IMG/VR virus record: IMGVR_UViG_3300032246_002620
Span: 7,654-71,653 of that record
Length of the DNA: 64,000 nucleotides
Direction: 5' to 3' (one strand)
From: a virus
Shown: piece by piece, positions 27,916-39,435 of the stretch
Position numbering within the stretch: the stretch's first letter is position 1
Layout of the letters: each line of letters begins with the position of its first letter
The notes under the pieces: model-generated
What the model was told of the DNA's origin: nothing
Databases searched by the model: none
What the model saw: only the letters and a program-made list of their open reading frames with translations
Made by a program: the position numbers and the translations under genes

Positions 27916-28926
27916 TCAGTTGGAGTCGTTGCGAACGGAGCGCAGGAAGCTGTCGAGGTGGAGGTCTTCTGCCAGGAGAGAGGCGGTAATCGGCTGGCCA
28001 TCGATTTCGGTGGAGCCGTTGATCGTGATCAAGGCATCGGGATTGCCGTCTCGCATGTGCTGGATGGCATCGAGGCATGGCGTTGCCAGGCGCTGGTCCA
28101 TCGGCGGGAAGAAGTTGTACGTGAGGTGCCACTCGATCACGCTGTATTGCATGGGCGAGTAGCGCTCAAGGTCGCGTACGGGGTCAGGCATCGTCGTCAT
28201 GTTCGTCATTCGCGATTTGCGATTGGATCAGGGCTGGGTGGAGCAAGCCAGGCATCAGGCGGAACGCGCGCGCCGCAGCGGATGGCGTAGGAGAGCGCCT
28301 CGTGGTTGTGTTCGTCGAGAGTGCAGTAGATCTTGCCGTTGGCGAGAATGGCCCCCTGGCCGCCGTGGTACCAGCGATGGCCGGCACCAGTGAGATGGCA
28401 GAAGAGGTCGTGTTGCGTGCGGTTGGGGAAGATGAGAGGGATATAGCCCTTCTCCCTTCGTCCGAGTTCATCGGGGTAGCTAGACATCGTCAGAATCCTC
28501 GTCGTCTTCGGCGTGCTCTTGCTCCCAGATCTCGCAGGCTTCGTCGTTGGTTTCCTGCTGCATCCGGTTGTACTCAGCAACAGCCTTCTCAGGGCTGTCG
28601 ATTTCGTCGGAGACTAGGTCGAGCCAGGTTGGAGCAACCTCTCGATCGGTGCCTTCAACGATGCTGCTGAAGCCGATTCGACGAACACGGTCGACCAGAG
28701 AAGCATTGTTGCCTCCGATAGTCCCGACATAGATGTAGGTGCCGTCGTCGAGTTGGAAGCTCAGCGAGATTCCAGCCTCAGTGTCTTTGTAAGCGCGACG
28801 TTGAAGCGATGCAAGAATGCGGAAATTGGCACCCGCGTCTTCGATGATTGCATCCATGCAGGCGCGGACATGCTCGCCTTGTGCGGCGGTCTCCTGCTGG
28901 CGCTCGTACTCGGGGTAGTCAGTCAT
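27916..28926 (-). CDS. Three small hypothetical early genes (27916-28209, 28206-28486, 28480-28926)
   Basis: Coupled ORFs with strong GC3 bias. Confidence 0.6.
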
Positions 28927-29209
28927 CGTCGCTGTCCTCCTCGCCGTCGTAAATGGGGAAATCATCAAGCGAGGCTGCAACTGGATCCAGGAGAATCCAG
29001 TTGCAGCCGTAGGTCTGACGTGCGGCTATACAGATGGGCAGGAGCCAGTCGGGGATTGCTTGCTCCGGAGAGAAACAGTCCTCTTCGTAGGCGTAGATCC
29101 AGGTCAGGCCCATGGCGTCGGTCTGGCCCCAGTGCCAGATCGAGAGGTCTTGGGTGTAGTCCGGCATGTGCCGGGTGGAGACGCGTAAGACGCGATCGAT
29201 TTCAGCCAT
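28919..29209 (-). CDS. DUF5983-like protein
   Basis: LRVSTRHM...IPDWL.....AR..GCNWILLD....LDDFPIYD. Confidence 0.6.
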   Translation of the reverse strand: MAEIDRVLRVSTRHMPDYTQDLSIWHWGQTDAMGLTWIYAYEEDCFSPEQAIPDWLLPICIAARQTYGCNWILLDPVAASLDDFPIYDGEEDSDDD

Positions 29210-29443
29210 TGGGCTCACCGGCTGCTGCCGGAGCGAGGGTGTCTTGATTGATGCAGGTGTCGCTGTAGACGATTCCCTTGAGGATCGACATGGTGCCTTC
29301 GTCGGAAGCCAGCAGCTCCTTACGCAGGGAAGGCCTGTCGGGAAAGGAATTGCACCAGGCGTCAAAAGCCTCGTCGAAGTCCTCGATGTCGGACTGAAAC
29401 GAGTTAGCCAGGCGCACGTCGAAGTAATGCGTGTAGCGTTTGC

Positions 29444-29923
29444 TCATGATGTTGTCGCGGCGTGAGAGTTGAGGTAGTTGGCGAAATCCGCGCTGGCGGT
29501 TGGGTTGACAGGGAGGAGTTTTGGCGGCTGGTTGCCAAGCCTTACCGCAAACAGAAACCCACAAGAGTTATGGCGTCGCAAATACTTGGCGCGATCGTGC
29601 GCCTTGCGACGGGCAGCTGTGCCAGATGCGTCATCACTTTCGCATTGATAGACCTCGTCTAGCCGCCAGTCGGATACATCGGACCAGTTGCATTCAGTGG
29701 AAAAGTCCTCGCATTCCCAGACGGTGTAGACAGGGTTCGGGTTGGGCTCAAGGTCCGTAGCGGAGACAAAGACTTCGGCTTGTACCCAGTAGCCGCCGTT
29801 GCAGTCGTCAGGCCTGTAGCTGATGTCGTCGGGGTCGAAGGGGTCGGGCGGAGGCAGTCGAACTTCCGCGTTGCTGTATTCGTGCTGGATGCACTCGCGG
29901 ATGCGTTGGCTAAGGGTGGTCAT
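29444..29923 (-). CDS. Hypothetical protein, paralogue of 31150-31578
   Basis: WVQAEV.V...LEP.P...Y.VW...AH..A.YLR...C....AVR. Confidence 0.65.
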   Translation of the reverse strand: MTTLSQRIRECIQHEYSNAEVRLPPPDPFDPDDISYRPDDCNGGYWVQAEVFVSATDLEPNPNPVYTVWECEDFSTECNWSDVSDWRLDEVYQCESDDASGTAARRKAHDRAKYLRRHNSCGFLFAVRLGNQPPKLLPVNPTASADFANYLNSHAATTS

Positions 29924-30483
29924 GAGGTAGATGCTGAGGGGACAGGGGATCCCACCAGCTCAGCCCACTTGATCTGGCGGGCGTTGAGCCGGAGGTAGTT
30001 GTTGAGCAGCAGCCCCTTGCGGCCCAGGTCTGCGGTGACGGTGTAGGTGGCTTCGTAGCCAGGGAAGCGCTCGCCATCGAGGCGGATCTTCTGGCCGACG
30101 ACGGGCCGTGACTTGCGCTGCTGCTTGAGTGCAGCGTGGTGCTCGCGGACGAAGTCTCGCCAGCTCTTGCCACTGCCGGCGTGGTTGCGGTTGTGGCCCT
30201 GGGGCTCCGGCGCTTGCTCAAGGAACTTGAGCGGGCAGCTGTGGTAGTAGGGCCCGCAGGATTCGTCTATGCCCTTGTAGCCCCAGCAGCCGTCGTGGCA
30301 CTCGAGCAAGAAGAGAAGGATGAAGGGCTCTTGTCCTGCCGGCCGGGCCAGGGCCCAGAGGCAGTTGCCTCGGAGCGAGTGGTCGAGCAGGGTGCAGGTG
30401 GAGCTTGATGTGAAGTTGCGCGCCAGGAGATCCTTGACGTAGTTCGCCTTGGAGGTCGGATGAGTGTCGAATAGCCAGCCCAT
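29920..30483 (-). CDS. DUF6927-like protein
   Basis: MGWLF...WGYKGIDESCGPYYHSCPLKFL...WR. Confidence 0.75.
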   Translation of the reverse strand: MGWLFDTHPTSKANYVKDLLARNFTSSSTCTLLDHSLRGNCLWALARPAGQEPFILLFLLECHDGCWGYKGIDESCGPYYHSCPLKFLEQAPEPQGHNRNHAGSGKSWRDFVREHHAALKQQRKSRPVVGQKIRLDGERFPGYEATYTVTADLGRKGLLLNNYLRLNARQIKWAELVGSPVPSASTS

Positions 30484-30488
30484 GAGGT

Positions 30489-31157
30489 TCAGAGAGGAGA
30501 GGATTCAGAAGGTGCGTCGGCATGGAAGTCGTCGCCGATGGCGCGGCCCGTGGCGCGCACCATGTCAGCTACTGCTTCCAGGTGGTCGGAGCTCCATTGC
30601 TCGTTGTTGAGCAGCCCGGCCACGGCGTCGAGGGCCCGGGCCTCCTTGCTGTCAGGCGGTGACCAGGTCTCGAGGTCGATGCCGTAGACATCGGCGAGGT
30701 CGCAGCGGTCGGAGTCGCTGTCGCCTTCGAGTGTCAGGATGTCTTCGGGATAGGTCATCCCGTCGAGATCGATCAGCACGGCATGCGCTGCGTTGAAGAA
30801 CGTCCCGGACGTGCAGTCCAGGACGACATAGCGGGAAAGGTCCATGAGGAGGAAAAGAAGAAAGCGTTGGGGAAAGGGCTAGAGCAGGTAACCGTCAACG
30901 ATGATCGGTGAATCAGATGACGCGAACGCCGTGACAATGACGCCGTCGGTGAGCGGCTGGTCGGCCCTGATGTTGTCGAGTTTCACCCGCCGCAAGGTCT
31001 CTTCGTTGTCGGATTCCAGCGCGACGGAAATCATGGCGCTGCGGTAGAACTCCTCGGCTTGCGCCTTGGTACATCGCCCTGCTGTTGCGTAGAGAGTGTC
31101 GTCATCGTCGTAGGGGATACGGCCGCTGACGAGCCAGTGAAGAGGTTCTTCAGGCAT
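30489..31157 (-). CDS. Two hypothetical early genes (30489-30845, 30879-31157)
   Basis: ATG starts after pyrimidine-rich leaders. Confidence 0.6.
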
Positions 31158-31578
31158 GAGGAAGAGAGGATTCAGTGAAGTGCTTGATCGGCAGCGGGGC
31201 TTTGCCGCTAGGCCTGACGGCCACGAAGGCGCAGGGGTAGGTGTTGCGCAGGTGGCGGGCGTAGGTGTGTGCACTGAGGCGTGCGCCCTTGCCGTCGGGG
31301 TCGTCGTCGCAGGTGAAGGACTGGTCGAAGGTCCAGACCCAGTTGTCGCCAAGGAAGGTGCCACCCGGGGCTGACCCGAGCTCCTCCTGCTCCCCAATCC
31401 AGACGTCGTAAGTCGGACCGGGAACGGGTTCGAGTTTGTCGTCGCGCACAGAAATCAGCGCCCTGACCCAGACGCCGTCAATGACGTCGTCGTCCTCGAT
31501 GATGTCGAGAACATCGACGTCTTCGTCACCGGCGAACTTGGCGCGGGCGGCCTTGATGCAGCGGTCGTGGTCAGTCAT
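31150..31578 (-). CDS. Hypothetical protein, paralogue of 29444-29923
   Basis: VWVRALISV..KLEPVPGPTYDVW...AHTYARHLR..YPCAFVAVR. Confidence 0.7.
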   Translation of the reverse strand: MTDHDRCIKAARAKFAGDEDVDVLDIIEDDDVIDGVWVRALISVRDDKLEPVPGPTYDVWIGEQEELGSAPGGTFLGDNWVWTFDQSFTCDDDPDGKGARLSAHTYARHLRNTYPCAFVAVRPSGKAPLPIKHFTESSLPHA

Positions 31579-34526
31579 CGGCCCTGTGCCTCGATCTCAG
31601 GGGGCAATGGCGTCTCGGTGGCGCCGTCATCCGTGAGGTCCTCGTCCAGGTCGAAGTCACCGCTGTCGATGCGGTTGGCGACCCACTCCCAGTAACCCAG
31701 GCGGGTGTCTTCGTTGGCAACTTCTTCGGCCCAAGCGCCGACTTCGTGATGCCACTCTTCGCCCCAGGTGCCGCCAAAGTGAGCGGCAAGATCAAGAGCC
31801 TTGAGGGCGAGGCTGATCTTCTCCTCGACCGCTGTGATGGTCAGTTGGATGCTCATGATTCAGAAGCTGCAGTGGCTGGTGGATTGCTCCGCGGTGCCGT
31901 GCAGTAGCGCAGCAGCTGCTTGTCGGCCTTGACCGTGGGCCGAAGCACGAGACTGTCATCAGCCCAGTGATCGTCAAAGGCCTGGGCGAATGCCCTGCGG
32001 TACTGATCGCCCCAGTGAGAACGCCCAGCGTTCGGGTCCTTGGCCTCTATCAGATCGTGAGCCTTGCGCCAGTCCGGGGCGAGCAGGTCGGCCAGATCGA
32101 AGAAGGCTCCCGTGGCTGCCCACCAGAGGCTGGAAAGGTTGCACGTATCGAGCGTGCCGAGGTAGTCGGTCATCGGTTTCAACTCGATGAGAGCGTAAGC
32201 GGGGTCGATGGCCTCCAGGCGATCCCACCAGAAGCAAACGTCGCTGTTGCCGGGATCGACAACCGCCAGGTGCATGCGCCACTTGGCGGTGCTGTGGTCC
32301 TTCTTGTGGCGCTCCATCATGGGAATGAACGCCGTGGCTAGGCCGGCGTCGTGGACGATTTCCTGGACCAGGCAATGCCTGGGCAGGCTATGGAAGTCGG
32401 AGAGAGCGTGACGCTCAAGCAGGCTCGCCTTGAGCCTGAGTGCTTTCGCTTTGTTGATGGGCATCGGAGGGGAAGATTGAGTTTGGTTTCCAGACGTAGG
32501 CGACTTGATAGGACTCGACGTCGAGTGGCGTCACCGGCAGTCCTGTGAAGCGATGGAAGGCAACAAGGGCAGAGCTGCTGCTGCCGCCGATGTGCCAGTC
32601 GTACGGACCCTGGGGGGTAGAAGGCAGCTTCCAGTCGTAGACGTGGAAGGTGGTCCCGTCGTTGCAACGGAAGGCCCACTCGACGTTGGTCTTGTCGCCG
32701 CGGTGAGTGTGTGGCTGGCCCAGCAGGGCGACGAGGTTGCCGTAGGTCGTGTGGCAGTAACCCTTGAGGCAGCCGCTGGGATGAGGCGCTTTGCCGAGGA
32801 CGGACAGGGGATGGAGCTTGGGGTCAGTGAGGGGCATTGGAGAGTGAGAGCTTTTGAATGCCGTGGCGGGCTTTGAGGATGTATCGCCAGAAACCGGCTT
32901 GCGAGGGGGCGCGATTGGTCTCCCGGCAACGATCCCGGTAGTTGGCCTCGTCGACCGGGGTGGTGGTGACGACGCTTTCGCCGAAACCAGGGGCGTAGGT
33001 GATGGGGTTGATTTCAACCCATTCGACGTGGCTGGTGCAGTTGACGTCGTAGTTTTCGATTCCGTAACACTCGAGAGGCGAGTTGCCAAAAAGCCGGCGC
33101 AACATGAGATCGTGGTCCCATTCACCAGGAGCGGTGAAAAAGGATTCGTAGGTAATACGAACAGTGAGCGTGATCTCACTGCAGCGAACCCCGGGTTCGG
33201 GGTAGTGGTCGATGGATTTGATTTCCATTGCAGAAGAAGTGGGTAATGGTTGAGCAAGCAGGTTCATGGCTGCTGCGCCACCCAGAACTCGTGGAGTTCA
33301 GCGACGTCGCAGATAGCTGCCGACCAGAGAAAGACGAACGGGCGCTGCCGGCACCAGTCGAAGAACTGCTCAGGCGTGCAGCCGAGTTGGACGAGGACCA
33401 TCTCGGCCTGGTCGCGGGGGAGATGGCCGCCATCGTCGGCTTGCTCGATGATTGGCCGCCAGAGATCGGCTTCGGGTAACAGTTCGATGGAGTCGAGAAT
33501 GGTCTCTCTGGGCGTGCGGATGCGGAAGGGCGCCCGGCCGCTTTCGTGATTGACGACAGTCATGTCGACTGAGGCAGTGGGTCGTAGTAGCCGTCCCTCT
33601 CCATTTCGTCCCGATAGAGATCTTGCAGTGAATCGGAATCATGCTGCAAGGCGAGACGATGGACTTCGTGCAACAGTCGGTCGCGGTCCCATTCCTCTGA
33701 AACGCTCTTAAGCCAGGCATAGGGATGTGACCAGCGGTACTGGTCGGGAATATCCGGACAGATCCTGCCCTCCCACTGGCTAGCAAACTTGCGCGTGATC
33801 GCTTCCAGCATCCAGTAGCTAGTGCTGCAGTTGGGGGCATGCCAGTCCTGGACGATCTCCTCGGGCTCGTTGCCTAGGACGATCGAAAGCGTGGCTGTGC
33901 TCCCGTCCAGCATGATCTGCAGGGTGGACGTATCGACAGCGGTGATGGCTGCGGCGGCTTGCTGGCGGATCGACAAATAATCGCCAGCATGTTCGGGAGG
34001 TGGCAGGTGCGTGGTTTCGCCGCCGTCGTCAACCCAAAGCAGTTTGGCGCCGCCCTCTTCGGTGAGCAGGCGCAGTAAGTCGAGGACCACGGGGGTCCAG
34101 TTGTTACGGGACATGGAAGGAATGCGGGTGAGTAACCCCCACCCAGCAACACAGGCATGTGCACTGCTGAGTGGGGCCAAAAACAATTCAGAGTTCACGG
34201 GGATAGGCGACAACCCTGACAGTCGCCAGGACCAGTGCAGTCATGGGACGAGATCAGGAGTGAAGAACGTGATGGAGGTGCTTGAAGTCAGTGGTATGAG
34301 CGATCATGGCCAGTTCGTGCAGCTCGCTACCGAGATTTTCAATGGAAGCGAGCGCGTCTGGCCCATAAGATTCCTCGCTTTCGATGCTACAAAGAAAACT
34401 GAGAAGCTCTTCGCCAATACCCTTGACTCGGCGCGCTTTGCGTCGCAAGCGATTGACGTAGACCGTGGTGGCCTCGCTAGTGTCGAGCTGCGCCGTGTAA
34501 AGGCCCGGGGGCACGTAATCGTTCAT
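31575..34526 (-). CDS. Run of small early genes (31575-31856, 31853-32464, about 32415-32838, 32824-33228, 33264-33563, 33560-34114, 34254-34526)
   Basis: Coupled ORFs; 31575 has DTRLGYWEWV and 32415 has DKT.VEW...YDWK...WHIGG, motifs recalled from other phage early proteins. Confidence 0.6.
34137..34176 (-). promoter_or_regulatory. Early element copy 1 (core CACTCAGCAGTGCACA within long hairpin)
   Basis: Core at 34158-34173; minus strand CCCCACTCAGCA pairs with TGCTGGGTGGGG. Confidence 0.8.
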
Positions 34527-34819
34527 TGATGGATAGGGGGTAGGTTTCTTTTGAGGATGGCAAGGCTGCGCTCAATGCGATCGATCTGATCGACCATCGC
34601 TGCGCGCCTGAGCCGTTCGGCGCGGTTGTCGTCGGGTGTCTTGGTGACTGCCTCGCCGACCAGTTGCTCCCGAGTGGAGTAACGAGTGCCGCACCGGCGG
34701 CAGAAGCAGCGGCGGTAGATCGAGCCGCCGGCGCGGGGCCGCGACTCGATGACACCGCGCTCGATCGAGCCGCAATCGGGACAGGGCGTCCCGACTTGTC
34801 GCATGGCGCCGCCGGTCAT
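34523..34819 (-). CDS. NrdR-like Zn-ribbon protein
   Basis: CPDCGS...VIESRP....IYRRCFCRRCGTRYSTRE; no ATP-cone. Confidence 0.7.
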   Translation of the reverse strand: MTGGAMRQVGTPCPDCGSIERGVIESRPRAGGSIYRRCFCRRCGTRYSTREQLVGEAVTKTPDDNRAERLRRAAMVDQIDRIERSLAILKRNLPPIHQ

Positions 34820-36168
34820 ACGACCAGGGCGGCATCGAGCAGCCGGCTGATGACCTTGGAGAAGATCTCGCCTTCGGCACGCTCGTGCGCAACCTCGCCG
34901 TCGCCGCCAAAATCATGAGCGATCTCGTGGACAAGCACCTGCAAGAAGCGGGGCAGGGAGTCGAGGGTGCGCCGGGCAACCAGGACCTGGTGCACGGATT
35001 CTTCTCGGTCAAAGCGGTGCAGGCCCAGGACGTCGCCGCATTGGAAGTCGACAAGGCTGAGACGTGGTGCGATGGGCGTGATGCCCATGGAGTTGAGTGT
35101 CGGGGCGATGGTTTCGATGGCGGCTTGGTAAACCGCGCGTTCGGCGTAGGTGAGGTCGCTCAGGCCGTAGGTGGCCGTGACGTCGTTGCGCTTCGCCGCC
35201 CGCAGGGACTTGAGGCTCAGCGTTGGGTGATCCTCAAAGAAGGCACAGGTGGCAGAGCTGGCGATGATGCCGATCCGGCCGTAGTGGCCGGCCTCGGTGG
35301 CGCCGGCCTGATCGAGAACAGGCACGGAAGAGGCGCCGTGGAGAGCAGTCCAGGCGTCGCCGACGGCTTCGATGCCGGAAGCGGGGCAGTAGCGATTGCC
35401 CGTTGCCTTGGCATCCGGCGCCGCTGATTGCAGCATGGCCAGGATCTCGATAGGAGTGATCTCTCCGTCGGTGAGAGCGCTGATCCAGGCGTTGCCGGCG
35501 TGGAAGTCGAAATCGAAGGAGTTCATCACCCGGCGATCGCGGTCGGTGCGAACGTCGCGGTTGAAGTTGTAGCCGGCATAGAGATCCGGCTTCTCCTCCA
35601 CGAAGATGCCTTTGACGTAGCAGCGGCCGCGCTCGGTGGGATCGGTGAGGATCTGGACGCCGCCGGCGGCGATGGACTTCAGGGCCCTGGGCTTGAGGTC
35701 AATGAAGGCGTCTTGCCACTCACTCCATTCCTCCTTGGAACAGAGGACCTGGACCGAGAAGGCACCCAGCGGGGTGGGGCGCTTGCGGGTGGTGACGGTC
35801 AGGACCTGCTGGCCCGGGAAGGCCTTGGATTCCTCGAGGGTGCAGAGCCAGTCCTCGTCGTCGTTGACGATGCGCAGCTTGCGGCCGGCGCGGACCAGGG
35901 CGAGAGCGCCGAGCTTGAGGCCCTCGCCGAAGTGGCCGCGGGCATCGGTCCCGGCCTTGGACGTGCTGCCCATCAGCCAGACCGAGCGGTCAAGCCTGAC
36001 GCCAAAGTTTGCGATGTTGAGGGTGCTACTGCTGCCGCTGTAGCTGATGTGCATGGGATGGCCGGCATCTTTGCCGTCCAGGGCGTTCTGGATGGACTCA
36101 CGGACGCCTTCGTAGGCGCTCCAATCGCTCACGTATTCGGAGCTAATGGTCAGTTGGAATTTGGCCAT
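34816..36168 (-). CDS. GHKL/HATPase-domain protein with C-terminal HExxH
   Basis: ATG 36168; GVRESIQNALD, GSTSK...RGHFGEGLKLG; LVHEIAH. Confidence 0.85.
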   Translation of the reverse strand: MAKFQLTISSEYVSDWSAYEGVRESIQNALDGKDAGHPMHISYSGSSSTLNIANFGVRLDRSVWLMGSTSKAGTDARGHFGEGLKLGALALVRAGRKLRIVNDDEDWLCTLEESKAFPGQQVLTVTTRKRPTPLGAFSVQVLCSKEEWSEWQDAFIDLKPRALKSIAAGGVQILTDPTERGRCYVKGIFVEEKPDLYAGYNFNRDVRTDRDRRVMNSFDFDFHAGNAWISALTDGEITPIEILAMLQSAAPDAKATGNRYCPASGIEAVGDAWTALHGASSVPVLDQAGATEAGHYGRIGIIASSATCAFFEDHPTLSLKSLRAAKRNDVTATYGLSDLTYAERAVYQAAIETIAPTLNSMGITPIAPRLSLVDFQCGDVLGLHRFDREESVHQVLVARRTLDSLPRFLQVLVHEIAHDFGGDGEVAHERAEGEIFSKVISRLLDAALVV

Positions 36169-36227
36169 GGGGTGAGATGAGAGAAAAGAGAGGAAGCCCC
36201 CGCAAACAGCAGGGGCAGGAAGATCGA

Positions 36228-37310
36228 TCAGGCAGTCACCAGTTCGCGGGCCAGCTCGTTGGCGCGGCGGATGACGCCAGCGCCGGTGCCGAAGAGGGTC
36301 GAGTGCAGGCGGCGTTTGCCGGCGCCCTGGGTCTTCATCGAGGTCTCGACCTCGGTGACGGCATTGAGGCCGGCGTAGACGGTGCCTGCCACGCCGGGGA
36401 TGTCGCGGCCGAGGCCGTAGTTCCAGGCGCGCTCGAGCTGTGCCCACTTACGGGGCATGTCCTCGATGCGGCCCGGGCGGGTGTCGCCGGTGTCGAGCTT
36501 GACGCCAGGCACCTGGTAGACCTGCTCCAGCCAGTGGCGGTACAGGTCAAGACTCATCGGCGTGGCCTGCATGTCGCGGTAGTCGTCAAGGACGGCCGCG
36601 AAGGACTGGCGAGCGATGTCGATGTTCTGAAGCACGTTGTCGATTTGGGCGACGTCGTTGTCGGTGTGGCGGATAGTGAATTGCCGCCCGTGACGGTTGG
36701 CGTCGCTCATCGCGAAACCAAGGGTGTTGGCACAGACAACACGGATGTCGGTGAACATGCCGCCAAAGGCGGTCGAGCCGTCATGACCGAGGTAGCCCAC
36801 GATGTTGCGGTGCACCTTGTCGCCGGGTACGACCTGCTGGTCGGTGCCGCGGATCTTGGCCGTGAAGGCCACTTTGCCGCCGCCGCGCAGGACAACACAG
36901 GCGTCCATGTCGGCTTCCTCGCGGATGGCCTGAGCGAAGTCGAGCAGTCGCTGGTTGGGGATGACCCGGTAACCAGGGCTGGCGGTGCCGAGGATCTTGC
37001 GTTCGTCGGGGCGCCAAATGCCGACGCGGCTTTCCTTGAGCGAGAGCAGGTGCTGCTCAAGAGCGCGATGGATGGCGATGCCGCGCTCCTCGGGGGAGCT
37101 GAAGGGCCGATCGGCGGCCTGGGTGACGGCGTCGAGGAGGGCCGGGCTATCGATATCGCCGGCGTGAAGCTGAAGGGTTTCGACCGGGAAGAGGGCCTGG
37201 GCGCGGCGGAACATCTCGTCAGCCGGCAGGGTGCCGCTGATGACGTCGCCGAGGCCGTGCCAGGCCTTGGTGTCGTGAGCGAAGACGCCGGAGGTGAACT
37301 CGTGGGACAT
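36228..37310 (-). CDS. DUF932/DUF945 family protein
   Basis: AWHGLG, LG...YRVIPN, LRGGGKV, GHDGS, TDIRVVCANTL, RHT, NAVTE. Confidence 0.92.
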   Translation of the reverse strand: MSHEFTSGVFAHDTKAWHGLGDVISGTLPADEMFRRAQALFPVETLQLHAGDIDSPALLDAVTQAADRPFSSPEERGIAIHRALEQHLLSLKESRVGIWRPDERKILGTASPGYRVIPNQRLLDFAQAIREEADMDACVVLRGGGKVAFTAKIRGTDQQVVPGDKVHRNIVGYLGHDGSTAFGGMFTDIRVVCANTLGFAMSDANRHGRQFTIRHTDNDVAQIDNVLQNIDIARQSFAAVLDDYRDMQATPMSLDLYRHWLEQVYQVPGVKLDTGDTRPGRIEDMPRKWAQLERAWNYGLGRDIPGVAGTVYAGLNAVTEVETSMKTQGAGKRRLHSTLFGTGAGVIRRANELARELVTA

Positions 37311-37354
37311 GGTGCGTACAGAGAGGAGGTGGAAGGAAGGGGAAGGAAGGTGGG

Positions 37355-39161
37355 TCAGGAGGTGCGGCGCTTGAACTCGCGATCGAAGGCTTCGATGTCG
37401 ATACCCAGCGCCGTGAGGGTGCCGTCACTGATCAGCCCCTTGCGGCTGGCGGGGTCGCCGCCGACGCTTTCGACGTGGATGACAGTGAGGGGCCCGACAA
37501 AGTCATCGATCTGCCTGACGCAGGCGCTGATGCTGGTGATCAAGGCGCGAGTCGCTGTCTTGAACAGCATCCCGGCGACTCCGTTGAGGTCGTTGAAGTC
37601 GGGGTCGGCGAGCCGTCGCTCCATGGCGTCGGCGACGACGTTCAGCAGGTAGCTGCTGGCGTGCAGCAAGTGGAGCGAGGTGGCGCCACCGGCTGCGGCA
37701 AGGACCTGCTCGAGCAGGACGACCAGATCGACGGCGCCGAAGTCGGCGTTATCGAGAGGGAGAACGGGTACCGCGGTCCCGATCGGCAGGTTCCTGTCGC
37801 TTGCTCCGGGAGTTGGCGCGTTCCGCAGGAGGGCCTGAAGGGTCTCTCGCGAAACGCGATCGGGAGCAGCGTCGTGGTCAGACATCGATGATGGTTGAGA
37901 GTGGGAGGAGAGGAAGCCCGAGCTGACCGCGGAGGCGATTGACGGCGGCCTCCAGGTCGTCCTGCCCCGGGCCGATGGACTCGGCTCGGACCTCCGGTTG
38001 TTCCACTCCGTCGGCGGAGTGAGGGAAGACCCTGAAAAACGTGGTTGTGTTGCCACGCTTGGTTTGCAGTTTGATTGCCGTCTCCTGCAAGTCAAGCAGG
38101 AGTAAGGCACCCAGCAGGCTGCGGATGGACCAAGGCGTTTGCAGGGCGCCGGTTTCGGGGTGCGGCCGCGCCCCGCAGGGCAAGCGAAGAACGACGCACT
38201 CGCCTGGGATGACAGTCCCCAGGTACAGGTCCAGGTAGTCCCGGATCCCGTAGCGGCTGGTGCCGCCGAGCTGGGTGAACTGGGCGTCAAGGACGACGCC
38301 GATCACGCTCGGCAGAAGCGGGCCCGGGGAGGCTGCGGTTTCGCCGTAGATGTAGAGAAGGCCGTCGGCTGAGATGCCGACGGTGGTGTAATTGCGCTCG
38401 GGCGTTGCCGGGGCAGCCCAAGCGGGGAGGGTGGCAAGAGCGTTGTCTTGCACAGGGGCGAGGGTGGATTCCATACAAAACAAGGAACGAGAAATGTGCA
38501 CTGCTGAGTGCACTCACAAGAGCGCACTCATTCGCTGCCATCAGAGGGCAGTCATTCCCTTGATGTCGTCTTCCGTAAGTTCGACGCCGATCTGGCGGTA
38601 ATAGGGAATGCTGGCGATGGCGCACAGCTTCTGAGCCACGTCAGCCCGGCGCTGCTCGCCAACGGCGTTGCCGATCATCCGAAGCTGGAACAGGAAGCTT
38701 TGAGCGACTTCCCGGTTGATTTTGAGGTAAGCCGCGGGGAGCTGAGCGCCCTGCTCGGCAGCTTGCCGGGCTTCCGCCCTGCGGTGCGCTGGGGCACGCA
38801 TCGGCCTGGGCGCGGCCGCCGGTTCAGGCGAGCTCAGCTTTGGCTGCTGGATGTGCGAGGAGGGAGCGGGATAGTCAGGATCGCCCCACCCGGACTCAGG
38901 GTCAGGTGGGAGCGCAGGCTCAACCAAGCCTTCGAGCTCATGGAAGTCCAAGTGGAGGACAGACGCTTTGAGAGCGTCGTCCCACCGGACAGAGGTGGCT
39001 TCGTCAAACTTGAAGCCCGGCCTGATGGTGTCGGCAATGCTTGCCGGGAAGGTGACCACGCATTGCCGGCCGGATGGAGTGGCTTTGTCGTAGTAGGCAA
39101 AGTGCCAGCCGTGGTGGCGGATGGAAGGGCGGGGCTCAGAGGTGATGGTGTGGAGTGCCAC
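37355..39161 (-). CDS. Three hypothetical early genes (37355-37885, 37878-38474, 38541-39161)
   Basis: GC3-biased ORFs; ATG 38474 follows element copy 2. Confidence 0.6.
38495..38510 (-). promoter_or_regulatory. Early element copy 2
   Basis: Exact core TGTGCACTGCTGAGTG on plus strand. Confidence 0.8.
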
Positions 39162-39435
39162 GAGAACACAGAGAAGGAGAGGGACTGGAGGTAGCCGGCG
39201 ACGCCAGCGGCCTGCTCAGGGGAGAGCAGGAGGGCATCGCCGATGCGCGGCAGGGAGGGATCGCACAGCTGGTTGAGGGCCAGCCGTGCCCTGCCGCTCT
39301 GGGGTGTGACCAGGAACCGGCCCGACGGCGTGGTCACGCGCAGGAAGTCGGGCCGGGGGTACTTGATGGGTACTTGATGGGCGCCTGGTGATGCTTGGCA
39401 GGCGCCTGATGGGGACTTGATTGGGAACTTGACGG

